A DNA stretch of 64,000 nucleotides from a virus: the UHGV virus genome UHGV-0294963; one strand, given 5' to 3'. The notes under the pieces were generated by a model, which was not told where the DNA came from, did no database searches, and saw only the letters and a list, made by a program, of their open reading frames with translations. Below are positions 17,036 to 26,612 of this stretch, piece after piece. Numbering within the stretch: position 1 is the first letter of the stretch; every line of letters begins with the position of its first letter. A program made the position numbers and the translations under genes.

Positions 17036-19036
17036 TTAATCTTTAAGAATACACTCCTTAGCAACACTAATCTGTGATACAGGAGAGTTAGCGTAATGCT
17101 CTGTATCTCCGTCGATGAATCGAGCAAAACTGATGGCATTGAAATATGCTATATCGTAGGTTACATTAGAGTCAGTAATTTTTCCTTCAGCATCACGAAC
17201 AGGTCCCCAATTTATCATGGGCTTGTTTAAAAGACCGGCATCAAAGTAACGAATGCGGGAATCACATTGCTGAACGCAATCGACGATGTCCATCATTCTA
17301 GGCAGTACTCCTATCTCCATATTAGCTGCGTGGAAACGAATACGAAGTGCCTTCAGAACTATCTGTACAAGGTTGTCTGCTTCAGATTGTGTTACCGGTT
17401 CATTAGTCCAGATTATGCCGTTAACTGACCACTCGAACACCCTTACCCAACCGAAATCAATGTCACAGGTTAGATTATAGGTTCTGAGATATTGCTCGGT
17501 AATCATCGCTCTGATTGTTTCAGAAGGTCTATACCTGCGATATGGATGCTCAGTGCTTACCATCTCGGTGCTCCACTCAGATGTATCTCCTTCCCATTCA
17601 GAGGCTCCACCAATCATACACTGCTTTCCTTCTTCATTGATAAGACCTGTGCTCCAGTTTTCAAGGAAGTTATTGAATATGCAGAAGAACAGAAGTTTAT
17701 TTATTCTGAACTTATGAGGGAATTCATAAGACTTACCGCCGATAGTATACATCGTACCTTTCAACGGGTCATAGGGGTCTGAAGCTATCCAGCCAGGAAA
17801 ATCATATCCCTGGTTTACATCTGGACCTGGCATGATATACTTCTTAGGTTTAAGTTCTTCAGCCATATCCTCGTCGAACTTATATGCCCAGTTCACTTCA
17901 AGTGCTTTCTGACAGTCAACAGCGATTCCTGCGTCAATACCAGGCTGTCTTCGTATCCAAGCGGTAAAGTTCCTCAGCGTAATAATCGAGTCATTGGTGT
18001 TGACATAATTCTTTGCTTCTGCTGCAGCTTCAGGAGCAGTAAGAGGTGTCTTACCTGTGAGGGCAGAACGGTCAGGCATGTCCAAGGTATTAGCAGGATG
18101 CGTCACTTTAAGTACCTGAGCTACCGCACTGTCGACAGTTGATAGCGAGATGACATTCTGAGAAACCTCACCTGCTACACCGTAAGTCTCGACATAGAAT
18201 ACCCTGATAAGTCGATTATACTGAATTACATCATTGATGAACTTATTGAACACGATTATCAGATTGTTATAGTCATCGACAGCAATCTGATATCGTCTTT
18301 GAGTGGAATCAACGAAATCATTTTTTGTATCGCGAGTCCAAGGTTTCTCCGGATTCTGAAACTTAATCGGGTCGAGTGTAGAAGTCAACTCTTGTACCCA
18401 AATCAACTCTCCATCTACGTTCTGAGCCGGTAATCTATAGGTTAAGGTGTTGACACCCTTTGTTCCTGTTACCATCATTCTTGGATTTACGATAACAGAT
18501 TTTAGAGTTCCTTGAGCAACCTGACGAGTTGCGACATCCTTTCTATTCTGATAAACGTCCACAGAACCCTTGGGTTGAAGCGTAACCACGTCGTTGTCTG
18601 TGATATCGCCATACTCAGCATTTGGCTTAGGTATAACGAAATACGGAATAGATGTCAAGTCCTCTAGAGCATTAGTGGCAGCATAACAGATATTATTAGC
18701 AGCATCTGGTAGCGTAAAGTCTAACGATACCACTGCGTCCTCAGACATATTCTCGATTGTCAAGGTAGTTCTTGGTGCTCGATACCAACCCGGTACATAG
18801 CCGTTAGCCACACCAAGTCTACGGATACTTTTAATCTGTGTAGCCGACTGCATATACATCTCGTCAACCTGTGTGTCTAGATTGAATGAGAGCAAGTCAA
18901 CATTAGATGCGAGTGCTTTTAATAGAATCATACCAGGGTCAGCTTCTGAACCAGGATTCCAGATGTGAGTACCTGCCCTGACATCCTCAACCAGATTCTG
19001 GATATTAGACTGAGCATCTCGGCTGGTGTATTTCAT
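17036..19036 (-). CDS. baseplate protein (gpJ/gp6-like candidate, 666 aa)
   Basis: Position directly after a gp25/gpW-like small protein. Typical size. Confidence 0.4.
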   Translation of the reverse strand: MKYTSRDAQSNIQNLVEDVRAGTHIWNPGSEADPGMILLKALASNVDLLSFNLDTQVDEMYMQSATQIKSIRRLGVANGYVPGWYRAPRTTLTIENMSEDAVVSLDFTLPDAANNICYAATNALEDLTSIPYFVIPKPNAEYGDITDNDVVTLQPKGSVDVYQNRKDVATRQVAQGTLKSVIVNPRMMVTGTKGVNTLTYRLPAQNVDGELIWVQELTSTLDPIKFQNPEKPWTRDTKNDFVDSTQRRYQIAVDDYNNLIIVFNKFINDVIQYNRLIRVFYVETYGVAGEVSQNVISLSTVDSAVAQVLKVTHPANTLDMPDRSALTGKTPLTAPEAAAEAKNYVNTNDSIITLRNFTAWIRRQPGIDAGIAVDCQKALEVNWAYKFDEDMAEELKPKKYIMPGPDVNQGYDFPGWIASDPYDPLKGTMYTIGGKSYEFPHKFRINKLLFFCIFNNFLENWSTGLINEEGKQCMIGGASEWEGDTSEWSTEMVSTEHPYRRYRPSETIRAMITEQYLRTYNLTCDIDFGWVRVFEWSVNGIIWTNEPVTQSEADNLVQIVLKALRIRFHAANMEIGVLPRMMDIVDCVQQCDSRIRYFDAGLLNKPMINWGPVRDAEGKITDSNVTYDIAYFNAISFARFIDGDTEHYANSPVSQISVAKECILKD

Positions 19037-19431
19037 TGAATTGTCCCTCCTTGCGTTTCATCCCACGACCACTCTATAGTACCCGCTATCTCCTCATAGT
19101 TCTTATCGAGGACAAGAACCACCTGGAGTTTAACGTGATTTGCCTCAGATTGGTCATTGATTTTAATCTGACGAGAGTCTACATAAGGTTCGAACTCTGC
19201 TATAGCATTCTTAATATTCTCTTTAGCTTTTTCGATAACAGTCGCTGTATTGTAGCTCAGAAGAATATCAGGAAAATAGGAACCAAAGTTCGGAAACATA
19301 AACTCCTCTTTCTTATACGACCTAATCAACAGGCCTACTCGATTAACTATGCTGGCATAGTCTTCTTTCAAATCGCAGTTGCCTGTAGCTGCATTGAATA
19401 GATTAGGGTATGCGAATGAATTGGTAAACAC
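19033..19431 (-). CDS. baseplate wedge protein (gpW/gp25-like candidate, 132 aa)
   Basis: Size and position between the spike-like gene and the J-like gene. Confidence 0.35.
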   Translation of the reverse strand: MFTNSFAYPNLFNAATGNCDLKEDYASIVNRVGLLIRSYKKEEFMFPNFGSYFPDILLSYNTATVIEKAKENIKNAIAEFEPYVDSRQIKINDQSEANHVKLQVVLVLDKNYEEIAGTIEWSWDETQGGTIQ

Positions 19432-19433
19432 GC

Positions 19434-19718
19434 TTATCCCTCCTCATAGACACCACCATAGAATCCTACGATAGTGAATTTATCGTTCGGGTCTTCTGAA
19501 TCTAGCACATAGACCACATCGTGTACTCTAAGCCCCTGCATATGATACGGTATGTCTGCATCTTCAAGAGATTCTGTGCTAGGTCGATTTGGTAACAAAA
19601 GTCGCATAAAATCTGGTTTATATTCTGATATACCTAATCCGTCCAGATTAGGTATACGCACCTTACAGGTATTTTCTTTCCAGTCGATTTCCTCGACATA
19701 ACCGATATACCTAATCAT
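19434..19718 (-). CDS. small tail/baseplate protein (94 aa)
   Basis: Translationally coupled in the tail operon. Confidence 0.35.
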   Translation of the reverse strand: MIRYIGYVEEIDWKENTCKVRIPNLDGLGISEYKPDFMRLLLPNRPSTESLEDADIPYHMQGLRVHDVVYVLDSEDPNDKFTIVGFYGGVYEEG

Positions 19719-21142
19719 AATTTACCTCTCTTTAAGATATTGATAATATGCTGGAACGGTTGACCGAGATTAAGCGTCTGCTTAGCACAAGCAGCTGCTT
19801 GCACATTATTCTTTCTTGACGTTGTAGTGTATCCTGCTAATGAAGTAGCCGTATCGTTAGCAGTAATTAAGTCCAATCTTTGTACCGTTAAGGTGGTTGT
19901 ATACGACGTACCGTTTATATTATGTGCTACTTTAATTATACGATACACACCGGTAATCGGATTCAAGGTTCCACCGGTATACACCACAACTCGTACAGCA
20001 TCCGCAACCTGAAACACTTTCGGTTTACCGACGATTGTAATCTGAACATTGGTATTGAATTGTGTAGAAATAGCATTCAGGTTGTTCAGAACATTGCCCG
20101 CAGAATACATACTCTGCAGCGTCGCATTATAAGAGTTTTGTCTATTTGACTGTGTCGTTAGCGACTCACCTTTCAGGGTTATTCCCATACCGGTTTGTAC
20201 TGTCGCACCAGAACCAAGCAACGTCTGAGTTACACCTTGATATGTAGCTGAAATACTTAAGATATTGGTATATAATCCACCCCACATCAGAACATCCTCT
20301 GCTACATAATTAGCGAGGTTGACGTTGTTCTTATACCGGATTACACCACGGGTATGGAACGTCGGCTCTGTTATACTAAAGGTATAACTCGATGCTGAGC
20401 GTTGTGTTTGTGCTACAGGAGAACCCATGATTTTGTGTATCTCCGCTTTCGTATAACCAGCTCTTAGGTAGGTATCTGTTGACCTATTCTTCGGTAATCC
20501 ATAGGCACAACTCTTCGAGCCTTCGCAGTATGATTGCTGAATTAGACCCTGCTGCGTGCTACTTCCGTTGATGTACTCACCCAGACTGGTGACACAAGAA
20601 GCTTTCGAAATAGGCACGACTTCATCATCATGGTCTATATCATAATCAAAGACATCATCTGCGTGAACATAATTCAGCACTGCTTCGGCTACATCAGACG
20701 GTCGATAGTTACCCCTTATAGCTGGTACTGCAATACCTCGGATTGTTGCAGTATTGGTGAAGTTACCAATACCTTCTAGAATATATTCTGTATAACCGGT
20801 ATGTACCGTTGACGTAAATTGAATAAAAATTCCTTGAATAGATAATGACTCTATGATACCGGTTTCATCACACCAACCCATTTCTAGATAACAAGGCGTG
20901 GTTGAGTCGCCCCTCATCTGGGCGAATTCATACAACATCATTTCGAATGAGCCGACGTGCGCCTGCTTACGCATATCACCTAGAACTTGTATCGTTACCT
21001 TGAAGTTCGTTTGAATTCCGGACTCAGAGTTAGTCAGGCTGATGCTAACCAAAGGAGAAGGTGTCTTAAAGCCGAGACTCCTCAATGCTATGTTCTGGAT
21101 AACGAACTGCATATACGGCTGTTTATGTGGCATAAAAGTCAC
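19715..21142 (-). CDS. tail protein (gpD/baseplate-hub-like candidate, 475 aa)
   Basis: Follows the gpX-like LysM protein, as in P2/Mu-like tail modules. Confidence 0.4.
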   Translation of the reverse strand: MTFMPHKQPYMQFVIQNIALRSLGFKTPSPLVSISLTNSESGIQTNFKVTIQVLGDMRKQAHVGSFEMMLYEFAQMRGDSTTPCYLEMGWCDETGIIESLSIQGIFIQFTSTVHTGYTEYILEGIGNFTNTATIRGIAVPAIRGNYRPSDVAEAVLNYVHADDVFDYDIDHDDEVVPISKASCVTSLGEYINGSSTQQGLIQQSYCEGSKSCAYGLPKNRSTDTYLRAGYTKAEIHKIMGSPVAQTQRSASSYTFSITEPTFHTRGVIRYKNNVNLANYVAEDVLMWGGLYTNILSISATYQGVTQTLLGSGATVQTGMGITLKGESLTTQSNRQNSYNATLQSMYSAGNVLNNLNAISTQFNTNVQITIVGKPKVFQVADAVRVVVYTGGTLNPITGVYRIIKVAHNINGTSYTTTLTVQRLDLITANDTATSLAGYTTTSRKNNVQAAACAKQTLNLGQPFQHIINILKRGKL

Positions 21143-21561
21143 TCCTCTCCTAGATTAAGATATACATAAGACAGCGGTTCGAGAACTCTTCCTTCTGTCA
21201 TAAGTGAGTCATAAGGTGGAATTTGCAATACGGTGTCTGCAGGTACAACCTCAAATTCGGTTATATCGTTCTGTTTCGCGATATACCACCAAAGTGACGC
21301 ATCACCATAGAACTTATCAGCAATTAAGTCAAGCCGATTTATGAACAGTCCCGTAACCTTGAACAACTGACAGCTTGACACATCCACCTTAGGTGTGGCG
21401 TTTACCACTTCGTGATAGGACTTTTCAACTCCGTCACGCTTGATAGTTCTTAGCTTAGCGTACCTAGACGTTCTCGTGTAGTTATAAGGATTTAAATAAC
21501 GTATCATGACATCACCTCCAACCAGCAAGTCCGCTTCTGACCGCTTCCGTGCTGAGAACAT
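21139..21561 (-). CDS. LysM-like tail protein X (P2 gpX-like)
   Basis: RLDLIADKFYGDASLWWYIAKQN resembles the gpX LysM core. 140 aa. Confidence 0.45.
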   Translation of the reverse strand: MFSARKRSEADLLVGGDVMIRYLNPYNYTRTSRYAKLRTIKRDGVEKSYHEVVNATPKVDVSSCQLFKVTGLFINRLDLIADKFYGDASLWWYIAKQNDITEFEVVPADTVLQIPPYDSLMTEGRVLEPLSYVYLNLGEE

Positions 21562-22498
21562 TATCAGACTCTTCTGTTATCGATATACTGATGTCTACGC
21601 AGTCATACTTATTATCTGGACCTATCGGTCCACTATATGTGGTTTCCATGGTGGTCAGAATACCAACAATTCTTACCGACTTACCTATAATCAGAGTTAC
21701 TCGAGGCGGCTCACTCGCTTGCGTATCATAATCAGGATAACAAGCAGACTGCATATACGCCACCAATTCTTCTGATTTACCTGAATCCTGATTTCCGTCC
21801 CACATAGCTCGGTGAATCTTAAAAGTGCAAGAAACAACGCGAGGTCCTGATTTGTTGTAAGTGTTCTGTGGTTCGTAATGCTGATATGTTGTCATTTCCT
21901 GAGACCACGTTGCTGAAGTACTGTCGTTGACACTTTCAGGAAAGCACGGAATCTCCAGTGGAGCTTCACCTTCAACCTGAATTGTAACATCACCAGTTGG
22001 TTTCCAATACCAGTTGTCTTGCGTCTCACCGAAATCAGAATCAATCCGAGGAAATTCAAGTTCGGTCATATCGGCTCTTAAATCCTTACGAACCTCAGAC
22101 AAGCGAAAGTCACGTAGAACAGCTTGCTGGGTGTGTCCTGATACTGGTTTTACATCATCGACAAACTCTGCCGGTACGATTAGACAACCAGGTACACTAC
22201 CGAGTACGCTGTAACGGGTGAATTCTGCAGGCGTGAATTCTGCAACAACATTCGCCATATCACGGTCATTAAGTTGAGCCTGAACTCCCTTAACCTGCTT
22301 CGTTTCAGAATATTCAAGACTCACACTCAACCTCGTCATAGCCTGATAATCATTATTATATAGCTGATTAGCAACCGTACTGTAAGGACAGGTAGGATTC
22401 GGGAGATTATTGGCACGAAGAATAGCTTCTGCTTTGGAATTCTGTCTTCTAAAGGTATCGATAGTTAGAGTGTCATCAACAGGAATTATCGATTTCAC
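21512..22498 (-). CDS. tail protein (328 aa)
   Basis: Lies between the tape-measure candidate and the gpX-like gene. Confidence 0.4.
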   Translation of the reverse strand: MKSIIPVDDTLTIDTFRRQNSKAEAILRANNLPNPTCPYSTVANQLYNNDYQAMTRLSVSLEYSETKQVKGVQAQLNDRDMANVVAEFTPAEFTRYSVLGSVPGCLIVPAEFVDDVKPVSGHTQQAVLRDFRLSEVRKDLRADMTELEFPRIDSDFGETQDNWYWKPTGDVTIQVEGEAPLEIPCFPESVNDSTSATWSQEMTTYQHYEPQNTYNKSGPRVVSCTFKIHRAMWDGNQDSGKSEELVAYMQSACYPDYDTQASEPPRVTLIIGKSVRIVGILTTMETTYSGPIGPDNKYDCVDISISITEESDNVLSTEAVRSGLAGWR

Positions 22499-23019
22499 TT
22501 GTCAACACCTCCCTCAAGCAAACGCAAACGTTTGAATGTTTCAGGACACGCATATCCGGTTACATTCTCTATATAGGAGTTATTAGCCTGGAATTTTATC
22601 AATGCTGATTCTAATTCTGGTGACCACTCCTCATTGGTGGGTAACCGAAGTAGTTCGTTAGCATAGGCTATATCTCGTGTGCAGCTATTAGGACCTACTG
22701 TAAAACCAAGCCACCAAGAGTAATTATAAATTACCGTTAGCAGCTCGTCAGGCGTTGTGTCTTCATCTTGAAAAGTTAGCGTGAGATATAGATAAGTATT
22801 GTTATCTTTTAGATTTGGGTACAGATAATCGATTGTGGTTCTGCAATAACCTATTAGCTCATCCATAGTCAACGTAGTAAGACTTTCATGCCAGAAGTTT
22901 GCTGCCCTGACTTTAAGAATTAAATCAAGACAACCATAACCGGTATCTGTCCTAGCAGCTTCGAGTAACTCTTCTGGTAATGTTTTTGGTATTTTAGCAT
23001 ACGTATCATAACAGCTCAT
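22495..23019 (-). CDS. tail protein (174 aa)
   Basis: Immediately downstream of the tape-measure candidate. Confidence 0.4.
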   Translation of the reverse strand: MSCYDTYAKIPKTLPEELLEAARTDTGYGCLDLILKVRAANFWHESLTTLTMDELIGYCRTTIDYLYPNLKDNNTYLYLTLTFQDEDTTPDELLTVIYNYSWWLGFTVGPNSCTRDIAYANELLRLPTNEEWSPELESALIKFQANNSYIENVTGYACPETFKRLRLLEGGVDK

Positions 23020-23031
23020 CTAGACACCTCC

Positions 23032-25884
23032 TTAAAAGAATGGAGTAACACTATTGGTTACATAACCGTTATCCATAATGCGAGTACGCTCGTCATAAGA
23101 TATAGTAGAAGCAAACTCAGGACTTTGAACCATGTTCCACTCAATGATAGTGCTAACTAATCCGACAAGCTCGTCTACCTGCTTCTTCATATCGGTAAGT
23201 TGTTCGGTGTGGGTCCTATGCTCTGCTAGAATTGGTTCTAGATACTCACTCATGTCTAAACCATCTAATGCATCTTTGATAATCACAATGTTGTCATGAT
23301 TTTCGATGTTACGCAGTTCTTCAGCTTCTTGCTGAGCTCGTTGCTGCTCTCTAGCAGCGGCTTTCTCTTCCTCATACTGATTGTTCTGGTCTTGAGCTTC
23401 TTGCTGTTTCTGCTGGTATTCAGAAGAATTCCGTGCTTCTTGCTCCATAGATGCATAACTGATTGCGTTAGATTCGGCTTGATTATTAGCAATAGCAGCC
23501 TGAGCTTGCTTACTTGCTGTTGCGTAGTCTAACATCATATGCTCAAATGTCGGTGACACGCCGCTATTCTCAACTGCAAATACCATCGCATCGGTACTTT
23601 TGGTTTCAGAAGCAGCAATTACAGCAGCAGCACCGCCTATAGTCTTAGCGAACGCATTAGAAGCACCTTCTATGTCGCTTGTTACCGATGAACCTATATT
23701 AGACATCGCTGCTGTCACTGCGTACCGCTCAGCGTCTATCGCAGTAGAGGTAACTGCATTTATCTTGGTTGTGAACATATCGAACAGACCAAGTGGGTCA
23801 AGTATCGACATGATTAAATCAGAAATCTTGGTGAAGAAGTCTAATGTATTCTGTGCGAGTTCAACGGACTGAACTGCTTGCACTGAATACACCATACGCT
23901 CCATATTCAGCTCATTCTGCTCCAATTTCCGCATCAATTTATTATCGATACTCGACGCTATCTCATTGGTAGCCAGGAGCTGATTTGTGGTATTAGCTAC
24001 CAATTGTTCTTCAAGCGAAGTGGTTTCACCTGAACGCACTAGATTTTCAGCATCGGTTAATGCTGCCATATTAGTCGAGGTATTTACCTGAGCTATTAGA
24101 TTAGACACACCGCCGAAATCAATCTGTGCCAGTTTAGAACCTTGAACGCCGAATACAGATTCCATAGCGTGTAGAAATTCCTGTCTAGACGCTTCGTTCT
24201 CATTCTGGTCGATAAACTTCTGAATAGCAGCAAACGCTGTACTCAAGGTTCCCTGAGTGTCTTGCATAAACGACTGCATAAAGCTGGTTGCACTCACACC
24301 GATATTAGAGTCGATGTCGTTCATAATCGCTCTAAGCGACACCGCGGTAGCATCGTTATTGTTCATTAGCACGCTAACCAGCTCATTAGTGAATCCGCTA
24401 AGTTGAGGTGCTACTGATGTAATAGCCGCTTCTGATGCCATCATCTGCGTAGTCAAATCAGCTATCTGGTCAGCGTTACCGCCTGCAATGTTGACAACTT
24501 CTGTCGCTTTGGTTAAGAGTGAACCTGTCTGCTTTAAGAACTGATTGTTGCCTTCTGTAACGGACTCTAATGCTTTTGCAGCACCAGCAATCTCATTCAT
24601 AGCAGCAATCATCGTCTCCTCGCCAGTACCAGTCTGTTTATTAGCTTGAGCGTAGATAGCTGCAAATTCAGCTGCACTCTGCGACAAGTCGATTTCAGGT
24701 ACAGCCTTCTGCAAAATTAGGTTCTGAGCCGAAAATGCCTCTGCGAGCTGACCACCTAAGTTAGCATTTAATGTATTAGCAAGCTGGTCTAGATACTGCG
24801 ATGCGTCGATTGTAGTACCGTAACCTTCTGCTTTAAGTCTTTGCGCAACAGAATCCTGGAGTGAATTAAGAGCCTCTTTGGTATAACCTTGCGTAGCTGT
24901 AATCTGCGATAAGTTCTTATCCCAAGCGGCATAGATATTTTTAGTCGACGTTTCGTAAATTTCGATAGAGTACGTTGCCATGTCCTTGACATCTTGACTA
25001 ATCTTGTCAAAACCAGCTTTGAGTATCTCATCACGAGATTTCTTAGAATGATTAGCAAGATAATCAAGCCTGTCACCTATTAAAGTGGTAAGGGCTTCAA
25101 TCTTACTGCCCACAAGGTCGCCGATAATACCACCAACAACGGTACCTACAGGACCGCCTATAGCTGTGCCTATAGCAGCACCGACTTCACTTCCTACGAG
25201 TGTACCACCGATAGCACCTGCAGCCTCAACCGTAGCTGAAGCAGTAGTATTCATCCCTGTCTGCGCATTGTAAGTGTCACCGGACGAGAATTTAGATATG
25301 AAGCTGCTAAGAATATCACCAACTTTGCCTACAGTTTGCAGGTGTGCAATAGACTCTTCTAAGACATGTTCTTGTTGAAAGAACTCAGCATCACTAATAC
25401 CATTATTATCATGAGCTCTTCGCAACTCCTCAAGTTCTCGTCTTTCATTTGCTAGACGAGAATCTATATCTGATACTGCAGGGTTCTGATTTCCTGAATT
25501 ACTACCGTTACCATTACTCTGACCTGGAATACCATCATCACGAATATGCCCCAGAGCTTCTAGAATTTTTCTTAGATTCGTATCGACAGAGGTCAGAGCT
25601 GCAACCGAACTCTTAGTATCAGACTTGATAGACGAAAGCGTCGAATTCATGCTATCTAGTGTCTTGCTGCCTTGAATAAACAGCTTATATTCTTTAGTCA
25701 TTGCTTTATCGATACTGGTCATCATTCTATACATCTTGAGCTCTAGCTTATAGATGTTTGAACTGTTCGCTGACTCAGATTTAAGCTGCTCTAGAATATC
25801 ACCAGCAGACGCGTCTTGAGTATCGTCCTGACCAAATCCTTCTGTATTCTGATTATTCTGGTTGTTCGTATCATTGGTAGGCAT
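23032..25884 (-). CDS. tape measure protein candidate (950 aa)
   Basis: Long coiled-coil-like and low-complexity protein. It has a Gly-rich hydrophobic segment (GAIGGTLVGSEVGAAIGTAIGGPVGTVVGGIIGDLVG) and is followed by tail/baseplate genes. Confidence 0.45.
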   Translation of the reverse strand: MPTNDTNNQNNQNTEGFGQDDTQDASAGDILEQLKSESANSSNIYKLELKMYRMMTSIDKAMTKEYKLFIQGSKTLDSMNSTLSSIKSDTKSSVAALTSVDTNLRKILEALGHIRDDGIPGQSNGNGSNSGNQNPAVSDIDSRLANERRELEELRRAHDNNGISDAEFFQQEHVLEESIAHLQTVGKVGDILSSFISKFSSGDTYNAQTGMNTTASATVEAAGAIGGTLVGSEVGAAIGTAIGGPVGTVVGGIIGDLVGSKIEALTTLIGDRLDYLANHSKKSRDEILKAGFDKISQDVKDMATYSIEIYETSTKNIYAAWDKNLSQITATQGYTKEALNSLQDSVAQRLKAEGYGTTIDASQYLDQLANTLNANLGGQLAEAFSAQNLILQKAVPEIDLSQSAAEFAAIYAQANKQTGTGEETMIAAMNEIAGAAKALESVTEGNNQFLKQTGSLLTKATEVVNIAGGNADQIADLTTQMMASEAAITSVAPQLSGFTNELVSVLMNNNDATAVSLRAIMNDIDSNIGVSATSFMQSFMQDTQGTLSTAFAAIQKFIDQNENEASRQEFLHAMESVFGVQGSKLAQIDFGGVSNLIAQVNTSTNMAALTDAENLVRSGETTSLEEQLVANTTNQLLATNEIASSIDNKLMRKLEQNELNMERMVYSVQAVQSVELAQNTLDFFTKISDLIMSILDPLGLFDMFTTKINAVTSTAIDAERYAVTAAMSNIGSSVTSDIEGASNAFAKTIGGAAAVIAASETKSTDAMVFAVENSGVSPTFEHMMLDYATASKQAQAAIANNQAESNAISYASMEQEARNSSEYQQKQQEAQDQNNQYEEEKAAAREQQRAQQEAEELRNIENHDNIVIIKDALDGLDMSEYLEPILAEHRTHTEQLTDMKKQVDELVGLVSTIIEWNMVQSPEFASTISYDERTRIMDNGYVTNSVTPFF

Positions 25885-25984
25885 AGATAATCCCTCCTTT
25901 CATATTATTATACGCATATATGTCAATGATTGACCTTGTAAAGTCGTGTGTGCTGCTACGATTTGCGTGTGGTTGTGTAAACCG

Positions 25985-26038
25985 TGTAACTTGTACACCG
26001 TATAACACAACCACACGCAAAACAAACGCACAACAGTA
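25985..26038 (-). terminator. hairpin plus U-rich tract downstream of nrdG
   Basis: caaacgcacaacag-agtagcaaaac-cgttgtacgtttg (near-perfect stem). The transcript continues UUUUGC. Confidence 0.35.
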
Positions 26039-26081
26039 GCAAAACCGTTGTACGTTTGTTATAAGGAGTATAAAATGAAAA

Positions 26082-26612
26082 TTAGGATTTGTCGTATTTA
26101 TCTTCCCAGCTTATTGCCTTTCCTTGTCGAAGACTGCCCTGAACATCAATTATCCTCTGATTAGTCGAACCTCGGAATTTTAATGCAAGGTTTTTCTGTT
26201 CCAATATGAAAGGACCGTCAACCAGAACATCTATCAGTCTTAGCATCTCATCAGTATACGGCGTGGTGATACCAGAATATAATATCTGTTCGAAAGTATA
26301 CCCAGTGAAGCACCAGATGTCCTTATCTGGTACGGACTGTTTGACCGAACGCATAAGAAGAAGCACATCCTTTTGATTTTTAGGTTCGAAAGGTTCTCCA
26401 CCCAAGACTGATAATCCTGAAATTCTAGGATTTAGCATTAGGTTAATTATTTTAATTATGGTCTCGTCATCGAACTGCTCACCATAATCAAAGTCCCAAG
26501 CTACAGCATTAAAACAACCCTTGCACATCCGGGTACAACCAGAAACGAAAACGCTGACACGGCAGCCGGGTCCGTTCGCGATATCAAGGTTTTTGATTTG
26601 AGCTATGTTCAT
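26082..26612 (-). CDS. nrdG: anaerobic ribonucleoside-triphosphate reductase activating protein (radical SAM)
   Basis: CRVSVFVSGCTRMCKGCFN cluster. 176 aa. Overlaps nrdD. Confidence 0.8.
   Translation of the reverse strand: MNIAQIKNLDIANGPGCRVSVFVSGCTRMCKGCFNAVAWDFDYGEQFDDETIIKIINLMLNPRISGLSVLGGEPFEPKNQKDVLLLMRSVKQSVPDKDIWCFTGYTFEQILYSGITTPYTDEMLRLIDVLVDGPFILEQKNLALKFRGSTNQRIIDVQGSLRQGKAISWEDKYDKS

Noticed and set aside
19715-25884. Calling this phage a myovirus with sheath and tube genes
   Set aside because: Baseplate-like genes (gpX LysM, gp25-size, J-like) follow the tape-measure candidate. No sheath or tube genes were recognisable, and the genes upstream of the tape-measure candidate are nrdDG, not tail genes. 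Tail morphology is left open.
26041-26060. Plus-strand taaggagtataaaATG small ORF (29 aa) after nrdG
   Set aside because: Very short and lies inside the terminator/promoter cassette of the minus-strand units. The RBS-like match is probably coincidental.
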